A stretch of DNA of 64,000 nt from Octopus sinensis (GCF_006345805.1 NC_043009.1:57288001-57352000); one strand, 5' to 3'. Shown: positions 37,677 through 50,830, counted from the first letter of the stretch. Translations and numbers: made by a program. The notes: a model not told the origin generated them from the sequence alone.

Positions 37677-38430
37677 TTGGGTCATCCTATAATGTTTTTT
37701 TTTATACTTCTTTTATTTTTCAAAATTAATATAAACAAAATTCTTTTTTAATTTAAAATATACTCTCTTTCATTTTCTACAATGCTTTTCCATCTATCTG
37801 GTAGACTTGCAAGGCCCCTCTTCCAAAATTCACTTGTCCGTGACGAAAAATACTCCTCCAGTACTGTTCTGACCTCATCTACGGAATTCATATTTTTTCC
37901 GTCTAAATGATTTTGAAAACTGCGGAATAAATTATAATCAGATGGGGCAATTCCGACGAAAATGGTGGATGGGGCATTGATTCCCATTCAAACTGCTGCA
38001 GCCTTTGGAATGTCATCCTCGCTGTGCGTGGCCGAGTATGGTCCTAAGGAAGAAGATGGTCGTATTTCTTCTAGCGCAGGTGTCGATGAATGGTTGAATG
38101 ACCAAACCCAAGCTTCTCTGCTAGTTCTTCAACAGTTACGATGGGATTTTGTTATACCTGAGTTTGTAGGATGTCCTCGTTGAGTTCTATAGATCTCCCA
38201 GGAGGAGACTCGTCTTCTAGACTGTAGGTTTCGGATCGGATTTTCTGGAAGCACCGTCGACACTGGCTTATGCTTATTGTCCGATCCCCATATATTGCAT
38301 TAATATTCCCCGCACTTTCCGTTGCATTGTTGCCTTTATTGAACTCATAAAGCAAAATATGTCTAATATGCTCCTCAGTCACTTCCAATATAGCTTTGAA
38401 AAAATAAGTGTTGAAATCGAATTGCACTCT
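37677..38430 (-). mobile_element. mariner element, internally deleted
   Basis: HIRHILLYEFNKGNNATESA..EDESPPGRS and APSDYNLFRSFQNHLDGK..FWKRGLASLPDRWKSIVEN; one TIR TA|TTGGGTCATCC seen, second TIR not found. Confidence 0.85.
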
Positions 38431-38551
38431 TCAGAACCTGCACTAAGAATAAGGACAAGGTTAAATTACTACCTGCTTTTATAGCAAGTTGGAGTTGGTA
38501 TATAAAGACTGATGACTTGTAGGTACGTGGTACTTTGTTATGCAAACACAA

Positions 38552-38993
38552 TCTATATATATAAAGCTGAAGTTGTCTGTGTGTGGCAGGCTTGGTAGCT
38601 TTCAACTAATACTATCTCCTCCGAGACCCTGCGGCGCAAGTTGACTAAAATTGAGAGTATGATAGAAGAAGGCTTGCTCTTCATTCTGTAAAAGAAAATA
38701 ATTTTAATCGAACCATGTTAAGACCAAAAATTATTGACATCAAAAAGGTGGGTTTTTTTTCTATGAAAATCCCTATTTTTTAACGATTTTTTGACTGCTG
38801 TGTCGCCACTTTTCGGTGTATTTCAACCAGAAAAATGTTTACTTAAAGAGAATAACAAGCTACATAATGCAAAAGTTTTACTTTTCAAAAAAGATTGAAA
38901 CTATGTCAAAACTTTGTTAACGCGACATCAAAATCTGCCGTTTTAAGCGCAACTAAAAAAACAAACCCGAGCAACGCCGGGCTATACTGCTAA
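38552..38993 (+). mobile_element. Non-autonomous Helitron 1
   Basis: A|TCTATATATATAAAGCTG start; 3' hairpin CCCGAGCAACGCCGGG then CTAA. Confidence 0.8.
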
Positions 38994-39291
38994 TCTTTAT
39001 ATATAAAAGTCAAGTTGTGTGTCTGTCTCCTACGATTTAGATTCCTAACTACTCCCACATTTTGCAGTGCAGTTTAACCAAATTCGGGTATCTTATAGTC
39101 GTGATTCATATCGAGCCCTTCAGGGTATTAGCGCGCGTCTACGATGAGTCTACGATTTTAAAAAAAATTACCATCATTTTTGCGCATTTTTAATGATTTT
39201 TGCTCGGTTTATATGAGGGAAGTAACTCTTTAAAAATGCTTATACAGTTATTTCCCTTACAAACCCGAGCAACGCCGGGCGATACTGCTAG
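38994..39291 (+). mobile_element. Non-autonomous Helitron 2
   Basis: TCTTTATATATAAAAGTC start; 3' hairpin CCCGAGCAACGCCGGG then CTAG|T. Confidence 0.85.
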
Positions 39292-39399
39292 TATATTTTA
39301 AAGCATGTCATGGTTGCATAACAAAATTCCACATACCTACAAATCATTAGTTCTCCTCTTCCTGTTTTTGCTAACGCTATCATAACGACATCTCGAATC

Positions 39400-39590
39400 T
39401 CCCAACTCTCGTGACTCATGGTGCGTACACCCTCCTTTTCTCCCCCCACATTCATCACTATGCCCAATCCTTCTTCCCGAGAACGTCTTCCTACCGGAAT
39501 ATCTTCTCTGCTTATGTCTTTCCTGCATATGTTGATCTGCAACAGTGTAAAAGGAACATTAATGGCATCAATCTCGCTAGTATCGGAGGT
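39400..39590 (+). mobile_element. Non-LTR retrotransposon (Jockey/CR1-group) ORF2 C-terminal fragment
   Basis: HIHHYAQSFFPRTSSYRNIFSAYVFPAYVDLQQCKRNIN resembles the SFFPRT..WN.LP..VFP motif. Confidence 0.6.
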
Positions 39591-39758
39591 GTCGGCACGG
39601 GCCTTGCGGTTCTGTCCCTTCCTTCCCCCCCAACTCAACGAGTAATGTGTGTGTGTATTTGTGCACGCGCGCTTTCATGTGTATGTATATATGTGTATAC
39701 ATGTATGTGCATATAATATAAATATACGTGTATATATGTGTATGTATGTATATATATA

Positions 39759-39826
<68 letters not shown>

Positions 39827-39897
39827 TATATATATATAATATAATATATATATATATATATATATGTACATATAATATAATATAATATAACATAAAT

Positions 39898-40060
39898 ATA
39901 GGTGTGGCTGTGTGGTAAGAAGCTTGCTTCACAACCACATGGTTCTGGGTTCAGTCCCACTGCGTGGCATCTTGGGCAAGTGTCTTCTACTATAGACTCA
40001 GGCCGACCAAAGCCTTGTGAGTGGATTTGGTAGACGGAAACTGAAAGAAACCCGTCGTGT
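39898..40060 (+). mobile_element. SINE family A, 5' half
   Basis: Head followed by (TA)n(GA)n. Confidence 0.8.
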
Positions 40061-40068
40061 GTGTATAT

Positions 40069-40156
<88 letters not shown>

Positions 40157-40702
40157 TGAACATTTTAAGTAACAGACTTTTAACTGTTCATTTCTTCCTC
40201 TTTGGCATTGACGATGTTATTTTATTCAAGAGTTATTTTAATCAATAAATACTTTTATGAATATTTTTTTTCTATTATTCAAAGACGAACATAACGAATA
40301 TAAAGAAGGCAAATAAGCAAAAGAAAGAAATCTATATTTCAAAATAAGAAAATAATGAAGAACGAATCAATGAGATATCGGAAAATAACCAATATGAACG
40401 ACTATACGAGTAATAGTGAAATTCCTTCCCGAGTCATAGGCGAGACTCGCAGACTCTAGCATGAAACGACATTCACTTTTACCGAAGTTGCAACAGCCAC
40501 TATTCTTCTAAACGAGTTGCTGCACATCCTTTCTTCCTAGGCTTACTTGTCATTTCAATTAGTGTCCTCTGAATGCGATGCATATTGAAATGCTAAACCA
40601 GTTTATTGTTTATCCAGTACTTTCCAAGTTATAAACTTCACCTAATTAAAAGAAAAAATATATCAGTACAACTTCATCACCGTATATTCTTGCTAAATCA
40701 GA

Positions 40703-41125
40703 TACCTATTTCTTTATTACCCACAAGGGGCTAAACATAGAGGGGACAAACAAGGACAGACAAACGGATTACGTCGATTATATCGACCCCAGTGCGTAAC
40801 TGGTACTTAATTTATCGACCCCGGAAGGATGAAAGGCAAAGTCGACCTCGGCGGAATTTGAACTCAGAACGTAACAGCAGACAAAATACCTATTTCTTTA
40901 TTACCCACAAGGGGCTAAACATAGAGGGGACAAACAAGGACAGACATAGGTTTTAAGTCGATTACATCGACCCCAGTGCGTAACTGGTACTTAATTTATC
41001 GACCCCGGAAGGATGAAAGGCAAAGTCAACCTCGGCGCAATTTGAACTCGCAACGTAATACGCTAAGTAGACGAAATACCGCTAAGCATTTCGCCCGGCG
41101 TGTTAACGATTCTGCTAGCTCGCCA
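40703..41125 (-). mobile_element. SINE family C, multimer
   Basis: Tandem units. Confidence 0.85.
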
Positions 41126-41484
41126 AATAAGATACCATTCTTTGAGACATAGCGTGTGTTCTCATGTCTTCTCCTCGGACCCGTTACTATTCATTCTTTC
41201 TGGGTTTGTAGCCTTCCACAAATAATATTATTTTGAGCTGAAATATTATTATTTCAGCATTTGAGGCTCTCTATAAATGTTATTATAAACTTCGCGAACA
41301 CAAAACCTCGTTGATGGGTTTAGTCGACTGAATCAAATCCCACTACTCTCAGATACTACACGTGCATCACTGATTTTTCTGGAACCCTTTATTCCAAAGT
41401 CGTCTCAGATTGCTGACTTTTCCGAACCAGGGAAGGTCACCTTGGTCAATTAAACAATTATTAAATTTGTTTAATTGACCATAA

Positions 41485-41770
<286 letters not shown>

Positions 41771-41855
41771 GTGTGTATAAATAATAGATACGTGTAAATA
41801 ATGATTTCAACTTCTGTCAGGAAGCCAGCAATTTCAGGGAACGGGGTAAGTCGAT

Positions 41856-41894
<39 letters not shown>

Positions 41895-41897
<3 letters not shown>

Positions 41898-42095
41898 GGC
41901 GCATGGCTCAGTGGTTAGAGCGTCGAGATTACGATCGTGAGGTTGTGAGCTCGAATCCTGGACCGGGCTGCGTGTTGTGTTCTTGAGCAAGACACTTTAT
42001 TTCACGTTGCTTCAGTTCACTCAGCTGTACAAATGAGTTGCCATGTATCGGCCTTTGCCTTTCCCTTGGATAACACTGGTGGCGTGGAGAGGGGA
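41895..42095 (+). mobile_element. SINE family B
   Basis: GAAGGCGCATGGCTCAGTGGTTAGAGC head; TTCTTGAGCAAGACACTTTATTTCACG centre. Confidence 0.8.
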
Positions 42096-42474
42096 AGAAT
42101 TTTTTGCATAATAACATAAAAAACCAAGGCTGCGTAGATAGAAGGTCTTACAGCTGTTTCTAGGATATCTGTTAATTATATCGCGTCATTGGAGACGGTG
42201 TGAGAGGATGGTTAAGTCATAGTTAGTTTAGATGTGATACAAAATAGAGAGTGAGGTGGAGGAAAGAAAATAGATGCAAGATATGTATGGATATTGAAGT
42301 TGTAAATCCATTTTTTAGGCATAATGGTATATATGCAATATTCCCTTATATACACACGCTGACATAGAACCAATGTTGAACCCCTTATTCGCAAAATTAC
42401 CGAATCTGGAGCTTAAGTATGGTATGTCTATAGCACTTATTCAGCATTACCTGTGGGTCTCAATGACCATTACT

Positions 42475-42895
<421 letters not shown>

Positions 42896-42908
42896 ATATA
42901 TAACAACA

Positions 42909-42946
42909 CCGTCCGACGAACGGGAACGTGAAACTCTGAGTAACAG
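42909..42946 (+). ncRNA. Degenerate minimal type I hammerhead ribozyme (Penelope pLTR-like context)
   Basis: CCGT-CCGACGA-ACG(GGAA)CGT-GAAA-CTC(T)GAG-TA-ACAG; core U4 is C. Confidence 0.5.
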
Positions 42947-43203
42947 CTTTTGTTATATTTCTGCTGCTTTTAAATAAAGCATATTACTCTACCTCTGGTA
43001 TTTGAGTACTCTTTTTCCCACCTTGTTTCACACTTAATTGCTTATTCTGGTATATATATATATATGGTATGTGTGTGTGTGTGTGTAGAATTTCATATTC
43101 AGCCGTTATTGATTATATTTTTCCGACCAATGGATGTGTGCATTCAATCAGAAAGTTGACTGAACGCAACGCCCCCAGATACTGATCTATAATCCTGCTT
43201 AGT

Positions 43204-43253
<50 letters not shown>

Positions 43254-43908
43254 ACACACACACACACACACACGCCCTATTCATACATTTTTCAAAACAG
43301 TTGTAATGAGGAAATATGGTTACAGCTGTTGGGCTGGAACTAGTTAAACAGTAAAAGAATAATTTGTAATAATACAATAGTATAGAGGTAATGTAATATT
43401 ATTATCTTATATACAAGCAAAGTCATACACATAAAATACGAAAGGATGTACACACGGCGCTGTGTTTCGATTGTTCACACAATCTCTTCATTGGGCAATC
43501 ATATTATGCGCATAGTTACAGCCCCGCTACACCCTTACATAAAGTGTGTAGAAATGTATTTCCGTTCTTGTAATTCACATAGACAAAGAGACATCGACTA
43601 ACTGCGCGCGCGCTTACGCACACGCACGCACACACACTGCGTAGTTGTGAATTTTCAGTGAGTAAATATTTCGCCAAGATGAACTAAATATTATCTGTCT
43701 TATTAATGGGCAGATACGTAATTAACATCCCAGTTCATTAAATCAGTAGAGTGCTCTTAAATTGGTTTTTCTACCTAGAACAGTTATTATTTCCAGGTAA
43801 TATGTAAGGAAACCGCTTCGACCCTATGTCTATTTTAAACTGATTTATACACCGACCGTTCATGATGTCAACAACGGGCTATTTATTGTGTGGTTACACA
43901 CAATAAAG

Positions 43909-44228
43909 TGAAGGCGCATGGCTCAGTGGTTAAAGCGTTGGGCTCACAGTTATGATGTAGAAAGTTCGATTCCCGGACCGGGCAGTGTTCTTGAGCAAGA
44001 CACTTTATTTCACGTTGCTCCAGTTCACTCAGCTGAAGCAAAGCTATATCGGTCTTTACCTCTCCCTTGGATAACATCAGTGGCCTGGAGAGGAGAAGCT
44101 GGTATGCATGAGTGACTGATGGTCTTCCATAAACAACCTTTGCCCGGACTTGTGCCTGGGGCGGGGTGTAACTTTCTAGGTGCAATCCTATGGTCATTCA
44201 TGACCGAAAGGAGTCTTTACCCTTAACC
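43909..44228 (+). mobile_element. SINE family B, near full length
   Basis: Head, centre and tail GACCGAAGGAGTCTTTACCCTT. Confidence 0.85.
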
Positions 44229-45517
44229 CTTTTACACGAGCAACTGTATTAGTTCAACAGCTGCTGAAGAGATGAATAGTAACCGAAACGTCTTGCAGTC
44301 CTGCGAGATACTTACTTAAGCCCTTCGATCTCAAATAGGACGTCGGCTTTCGTACTTTTCTCTACGATTCTCGGCTCTGGTCTGTCTTTTCTGCTTATCT
44401 CCAGTTGAATCCCCGTCTCCAGTTATTTTTAAGAGTGTCCTCTCTTCCACCTACCTTGTAGGAGGTTCCCGTGAGGCAGTCCAGTTCCAGGTCTTGTTGG
44501 TTTTGAATCCTCATCGATGCTTCGTTGACCTATTTTTTTCCCAGGCAGGTGTGTTGGTTCTACGCAAATTCATCTGGCCCGCTATCCTTTGACCTGTGAC
44601 GGATGGAAAGCCCTACCCCACCCCCACCTGGAGCTTGCGCTCCTTTGACTTAGCTCTTACGGTCACTGAGGTGCATAAGTCACTACACCGCAACAAAGAT
44701 TGGATCTTGTGGTGGTGTCCCACGAGACGGTTTGTGGTAAATATTGTATATGCAGCACGGAGTTTTGTCAGTGAACAGGTCGCGGTTTCAAAGCGACGAA
44801 AATATTTTGACAAATTAAATTTAAATGTTGAAGTGAATCTAACAGTTTTTATGTGTTTTTAAATGGCTTATAAACACCTTCCACGCTGCAAATGTATATT
44901 TTCTTTACATGATATATTTGATGTCAACTCTTCTCATTGCTTAACTGACGCAGAAATAAAACCATAGACCCGACTACCTGTTGAGTCGTTCACAAAATCC
45001 ATTCACAAGGCTTTCGTCGACCCGGTCTATAGTAGAAGACACTAGCCCGTGGTGTCACGCAGTAAGACTGAACTCGGAACCATGTGGTTGAGAAACAACT
45101 TTCTTAGCACGTAGCTACGACACACACACATACACACACTCACCATACACACACATTGGAGAGAGAGAAAGTCAGAAATACCTGTTGTTGTTTAGTTTAT
45201 CCCACAATCATATCCTAATGAAGCATATCAATGATTGAGCACATTCAACCAATGACCATCCCTCATTTCTGGAGAGCATCTAAGATACATTTACTCACGT
45301 ACCGCCCCTCTCCCTTTTTTCTTAAGGCACCAAAGATTCAAATTAATGGAAATTTGGTTGCTATTTCTAGCAGGCCTGACAGCCTCGTTGTCTGGAACGA
45401 GCAAAATAAGGATTTTGAATCCAGGCAGGTACCTTACAAGCACTCTAGTATAATCCAGGTTCTGGTTAACCACATCAAATGATATGGAACAATGGGAGAT
45501 TGTTTAAAGTAGACAAT

Positions 45518-45935
45518 CAGGAGTGGCTGTGTGGTAAGTAGCTTGCTTATGAACTACATGGTTCCGGGTTCAGTCCCACTGCGTGGCACCTTGGGCAAGT
45601 GTCTTCTACTATAGCCTCGGACCGACCAAAGCCTTGTGAGTGGGTTTGGTAGACGGAAACTGAAAGACGCCCGTCGTATATATATATATATATTATATAT
45701 ATATATATGTGTGTGTGTGTATGTGTTTGTGTGTCTGTGTTTGTCCACCCAACATCGCTTGACAACCGATGCTGGTGTGTTTACGTCCCCATAACTTAGC
45801 GGTTCGGGAAAAAGAGACCGATAGAATAAGTACTAGGCTTACAAAGAATAAGTCCTGGGGTCGATTTGCTCTACTAAAGGCGGTGCTCCAGCATGGCTGC
45901 ACTCAAATGACTGAAACAAGCAAAAGAGTAAAGAG
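45518..45935 (+). mobile_element. SINE family A, full length
   Basis: Head, body and tail present. Confidence 0.9.
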
Positions 45936-46079
45936 TAATCACACAGTATTTCACGCGATGGGTAAACCCTGAGTACGTTTCTATGGATTTTATGTTGTGT
46001 GCAGAGCGTACATTCAAGACATCAAAAATAAGAATGGAGAAGTATATACATTCTCAAAAGCTTCTTTATTGCAGTATTT

Positions 46080-46510
46080 GGATCTTTTCGGTTTGAACGG
46101 CAGTTTTTTCTAGTGGTGTCATATGAAATTGTCACCTATAATTATGACCCTAGTATCGATCTATTGCATTTCAACCTGTTTTAGGGTTAGGGTTAAGGTT
46201 AGGGGTGGGGGCAAGGGTATCTTTGTTTCTTCACAAATGTAAATAAACCCAATCTGTTTCTTAAACGAGGGACATATTCATACGGCACAGAATGTTTTTT
46301 TTTACTTCAATAGACGTCAGTGATTGGTTGAAATTGCAGAAATTGAAGAAAAAAACAAAAACAAGAAATATCTTTCAAACTATAGAATTTTCTCAATAAA
46401 GCCAAGAGAAAAAGATGTTTTATAAACACATTCTACCAGTATACAAAGTTAAACATTTTTTAGTTACCTAGAAATTATGTTAGAAACTGCCGTTCAAACC
46501 GAAAACATCC
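46080..46510. mobile_element. MITE with about 27-bp TIRs and internal TTAGGG-like units
   Basis: GGATCTTTTCGGTTTGAACGGCAGTTT ... AAACTGCCGTTCAAACCGAAAACATCC; TTAGGG TTAGGG TTAAGG TTAGGG at 46181-46204. Confidence 0.75.
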
Positions 46511-46621
46511 GTATTATTTACAATGCGTTCACTTTTGTATATAATACTGTGATAAAGAAACTTTGAAGGATGTGTAATTCCCCATTCTTATTTTTAATAT
46601 CACACACACACACACACACAA

Positions 46622-46657
<36 letters not shown>

Positions 46658-46929
46658 ACACACACACATACGCACACACACAGAGTAGTTTCATGCTCGC
46701 CTACTTGAGGAGTATTGATGTCTTGTGAGTAGACAGTAGTTGCTTCTTTCCTCCAAACCACAAATGTATTAAATAAACAACAGCCCTAAGAATATTTTTC
46801 CAAGAACTTTTGTGACGCCGAGTACTTGTGCACCAATGTAGTAGACAAACAACACACACACACACACACCCACACATTTAATTTAGTTTGTGTATCGCTT
46901 GTGTAACTATCGTTGTGTTTAATATGTAT

Positions 46930-47253
46930 CGTATGTTTATGTATGTATGTATGTGTGTATTTGTATGTAGTAGTATTGTATGTATGTCGATATGTATGTA
47001 TGTATGTAGTATGTATGTATGTATGTATGTATGTATGTATGATATGTATGTGGTATGTATTATGTATGTATGTATGTATGTATGTATGTATGTATGTATG
47101 TATGATGTTTGTTATGTATAGTATGTATGTATGGATATATGTATATGGATGTATGGATGTATGGTATATGTATGTATGGATGTATGTATGTATGTATGTA
47201 TGTAGGTATGTATGTATGTATGTATGTATGTTGATGTATGGATGTATGTATGG

Positions 47254-47284
<31 letters not shown>

Positions 47285-47300
47285 TGTATGTATGTATGTA
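46930..47300. repeat. Degenerate (TATG)n microsatellite
   Basis: Direct inspection. Confidence 0.95.
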
Positions 47301-47548
47301 GATATGCCAACATCCAAGTGGTATGACGTATTAAGGACGTTTGCACGTGACTGTGACGAACTCATCGAAATGAAGTTCTGCCCCGCTCTTTATACGAATG
47401 AGAGGTTCGCTGAATCTCAAGAAATCTAGATACATGTAAACAGGCACGGAATGCATAAATTCCATTACGTAATCAAGATATTCTGCGACCTCCAGAAATT
47501 CTTTCGTGGCATCAGTCAAGTCATTAGTCCTTTACTGAAAAACGACTA

Positions 47549-48265
47549 TAGTGATCCCTCGCTAATTCGCGGTTCAACTATCGCGGATTTTTAAAAGCGA
47601 AGAAGAAGAAGAAACGCAGCAAGAAACGGAAGAAGCTGTCGACCAAACTGGCTTGACTTTGGAACGGCTGGCCAAGCTCTGCAACCTGGCTAAAGAATTG
47701 AAAGAAGGGGTCACAGGAATGGGATGACGATATGGCTCGTTCTGTGCAATTTTACAACAAGGTCGACGAAGTCATGAATCCCTACAAGATGCTCTTTGAA
47801 CGGAAAAAGAAGCAGCGGCAGCAACTTCCTATCACAATGTTTTTGCAGCCTCGCAAAAAATAGCCAGTTCCTGCTGCTACTACTACGGCTGCACCTTCGG
47901 AAGAAGTGGAAGAGGTGTCCCAGGAAAGGAAACCGCCGTCAGCTTCATTATCATCATCATTTCTACTGCGCAGTAAATTCATCACCACCATCATTCAAAT
48001 TTTAAATCAACTTCTTTCGTGTTGAGTACAGTAACAATCTTGTTTTAAACAATATTGTTTTAAATCTAAAGCGTTATTGCTTAACAGTTGTCTTTGTTAT
48101 TAATAGACTACTGTAATGGGTGGGTTGTTAACAGTACAGGGAGGGTTTTAAAAGTTCAAATACACGCTAAATAAATACTGTAAATATGGTGTCCCTACTT
48201 CGCGGAAATTCAGTTATCGCGGCCGGTCTCGGAACCAATCTACCGCGATAAACGAGGGATCACTG
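47549..48265 (+). mobile_element. Tigger/pogo internally deleted element
   Basis: TA|TAGTGATCCCTCGCTAATTCGCGG ... CCGCGATAAACGAGGGATCACTG|TA; retains the C-terminal LTLERLAKLCNLAKEL..KKKQRQQLPITMF. Confidence 0.85.
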
Positions 48266-48649
48266 TAACCGATAATGAAACGTAAGGGAGTATGCTTCAG
48301 ACACAAGCTCGCCCTTAACTAGTAAATCCAGTAGCTATGGAGGAATTTTGTGAAATTCATTTGCTCCACCACGTTCACGAATTACTGTCCCTTGTTGAAG
48401 GAAGTGCTGGAATATAAAAAATGGTGATCGGAACAGGATAACATTCCAGTGGTAAATACAGAAGAGCTTCGTCGCTATATTACAGAAGTGTTGGGGTAGG
48501 AGTATATACCTCAACGCCAGAAGGATGCTAATATTATCTTCACAAAAGAGAGCCCTCTTTGCTTCAACAATAATGAGTATGATATTTCTGTCCCTTGCTG
48601 CGAATGAAATGTCCAAATTGATGCTTAAACGCTTGGTCCAGTCATTATA

Positions 48650-48821
48650 AAGAAACGCCATGCCCCATGTTACAATGTGACGGGAGCTGAGGCACATTCG
48701 ATTTGATTTTTGTTACAATGTAGCTTCAGGAGAAATGCAAGGAGCAACATCAAGCACAGTTCATTGCATTCCTATATCTGTCAAAAGCTTCTAATACTAC
48801 AGACCGGGATATTTTGTGTGA
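48650..48821 (+). mobile_element. RTE-type RT fragment
   Basis: QLQEKCKEQHQAQFIAFLYLSKASNTTDRDILC. Confidence 0.6.
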
Positions 48822-48921
48822 NNNNNNNNNNNNNNNNNNNNNNNNNNNNNNNNNNNNNNNNNNNNNNNNNNNNNNNNNNNNNNNNNNNNNNNNNNNNNNN
48901 NNNNNNNNNNNNNNNNNNNNN
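48822..48921. other. Assembly gap (100 N)
   Basis: Run of N. Confidence 1.
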
Positions 48922-49982
48922 TTCTGGGACCACTACTGTTCATAATGGCCTCTCAGACATGCTCTCAGCCACGCAGAGAGCCACGATCACAAGTTATGCA
49001 GATGATAAAAAGTTTCACAGGCAATACAGAACCCTGAGGACACTAAACGCCTGCAATGTGAGCTGGACAAAATATACAAGTGGGCTGAAAAGAATAGCAT
49101 GCAGTTCAATGCTGAAAAGTTTCAAGCTTTATACTATCAGCATGCAAAACTAAATGCAATACCCAATGAACACTGGACCGGAGGAATAGCCAATCCCAGA
49201 GGCACAATCAGTGCGTGACCTGGGTATTTATATGAGTGATGACGCAACCTTTCGTGTACATGTTGCTAAATTGGAATGGAATGTAGACGACTGGCCGGAT
49301 GGATTCTCAGAACCTTTAGAAACAAGAGAACAAGAAACCATGATGGTCCTCTGGAGGACACTTGTCCTAAGCCACTTGACTATTGCTCTCAGTTATGGTC
49401 ACCATCCAGTGTCAAGTTGATCACAGAGCTCGAGGCGATCCAGCGTAGCTACACGAAGAAGATAGCCTCTATGCAGAATGTAAGCTACTGGGAAAGACTC
49501 AAGAGATTAAAACTATATTCCTTGGAGCGTAGGCGGGAAAGATATGCCATAATATCATCTGGAAGATCCTGGAGGGACTTGTCCCAAACTTGGCATCGAG
49601 AGTTACACAAATGCCAGAAACTGGGCGCCACTGCGTGGTGCCTAGGACTCCAAATTTGCCATCAAGATGTAGGACAAGATACTGTGATAGCCTGGGCTTC
49701 CGAGGCCCACAGCTCTTCAATATCCTCCCGAAGAACCTGAGAGACCTGCATGGGGTGGATGCAGATGTCTTTAAAATGGAACTGGATCTCTTCCTGTCAG
49801 GTGTCTCAGATGAACCAACTTCACGGCAGGAGGTGCAGATGAGGGCAGCTGCATCGGACTCTCTCATGCACCAAATGACAGTTGCTAAAAAGCTTTCGTG
49901 AAGTAAAACCAAGTAGCAACACCAAATGGCGGTGCCCCAGCATGGCCACAGCTCATGAGCTGAAACTAGAATCAATCAATCA
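48922..49982 (+). mobile_element. CR1/L2-group LINE 3' portion with 3' tail
   Basis: SYADD, VRDLGIYMSDD, LDYCSQLWSP, SYWERLKRLKLYSLERRRERY, GPQLFNILP, ELDLFLSGVSDEP; tail GGCGGTGCCCCAGCATGGCCACAGCTCATGAGCTGAAAC then (AATC)n. Confidence 0.9.
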
Positions 49983-50099
49983 TGTGAACTTATTTTACTC
50001 AGATATTCTGAGATAGATTTTCTCAGATTTTCTCCCATTATTACTATTTTCGATTTGGATAACGAAACCCTTGGGTAAATTTAATGCCAATCAGCCAAG

Positions 50100-50830
50100 T
50101 AGTTCTTCTCTTGATGCAGTTTAAGATGTCTGTGCAGAACGGAAGCATCGTCTGAGATGTAAAGAGGCACTCCATTGTGAGCCCTATATGAGCTTAGTAA
50201 TGACATCAACTGTTGAAAGGGTGAGGGATGGAAATTTTTCTGTCACCGAATCTTTGGAATGCTGTTATGATTATGTTAAGGATGTGTTTTCGCCATGTGA
50301 GAGATCCTCCGTGATTGTTGGAAATCAGAGTTTGGGACGATCGTAAGAATTCTGTCTGAATGCCGTTCATGTTTGGGGCTGTGAATGTCTGCTGCGGAGC
50401 TGTTCTCTTGAAATGAATGGTGCTTGAGTATATTTAAGGATACACCTGTGGAATGAAGCAAGTTTGGTGAGTGGCGTCTAGGTTTTGGTGTGCAGCGAAC
50501 TGTAGTTAAATTATTTTTTCCAACCTCCAGAATTTTCTCAAATTTTCTTCGTTGGTGTAGTTTTATATGCAGATGACGAAAATTCATTTTCTCTAGAAAT
50601 TAATCATAAAAACGTTACAAGCCTTTAATGTTATGTAATTTTAACCAATCGGAAATTTCCATTGCCGATATATCGGAAGTCGTAATTGACTGTTTCCGTG
50701 GGAACGGTATTAACTTTATTACTGTGATGCTGTTTTTGTATTCCTGGGTCAAAGAACTGATGACAGTCTGTTTTTGTGTGAAGGAATTCGGAATCAGCAT
50801 CAGCATCACTACGGCTGTTGATAACAACAA
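50100..50830 (-). mobile_element. Penelope-like RT/GIY-YIG fragments, heavily decayed
   Basis: HTKTDCHQFFDP (cf. YxKPTDxHQYL) and weak downstream similarity. Confidence 0.45.

Noticed and set aside
44264-44312. Second hammerhead candidate CTGAAGA...CGAAAC plus hairpin
   Set aside because: Stem II is at most 1 bp, the UH cleavage site is not correctly placed, and no stem I pairing was found.
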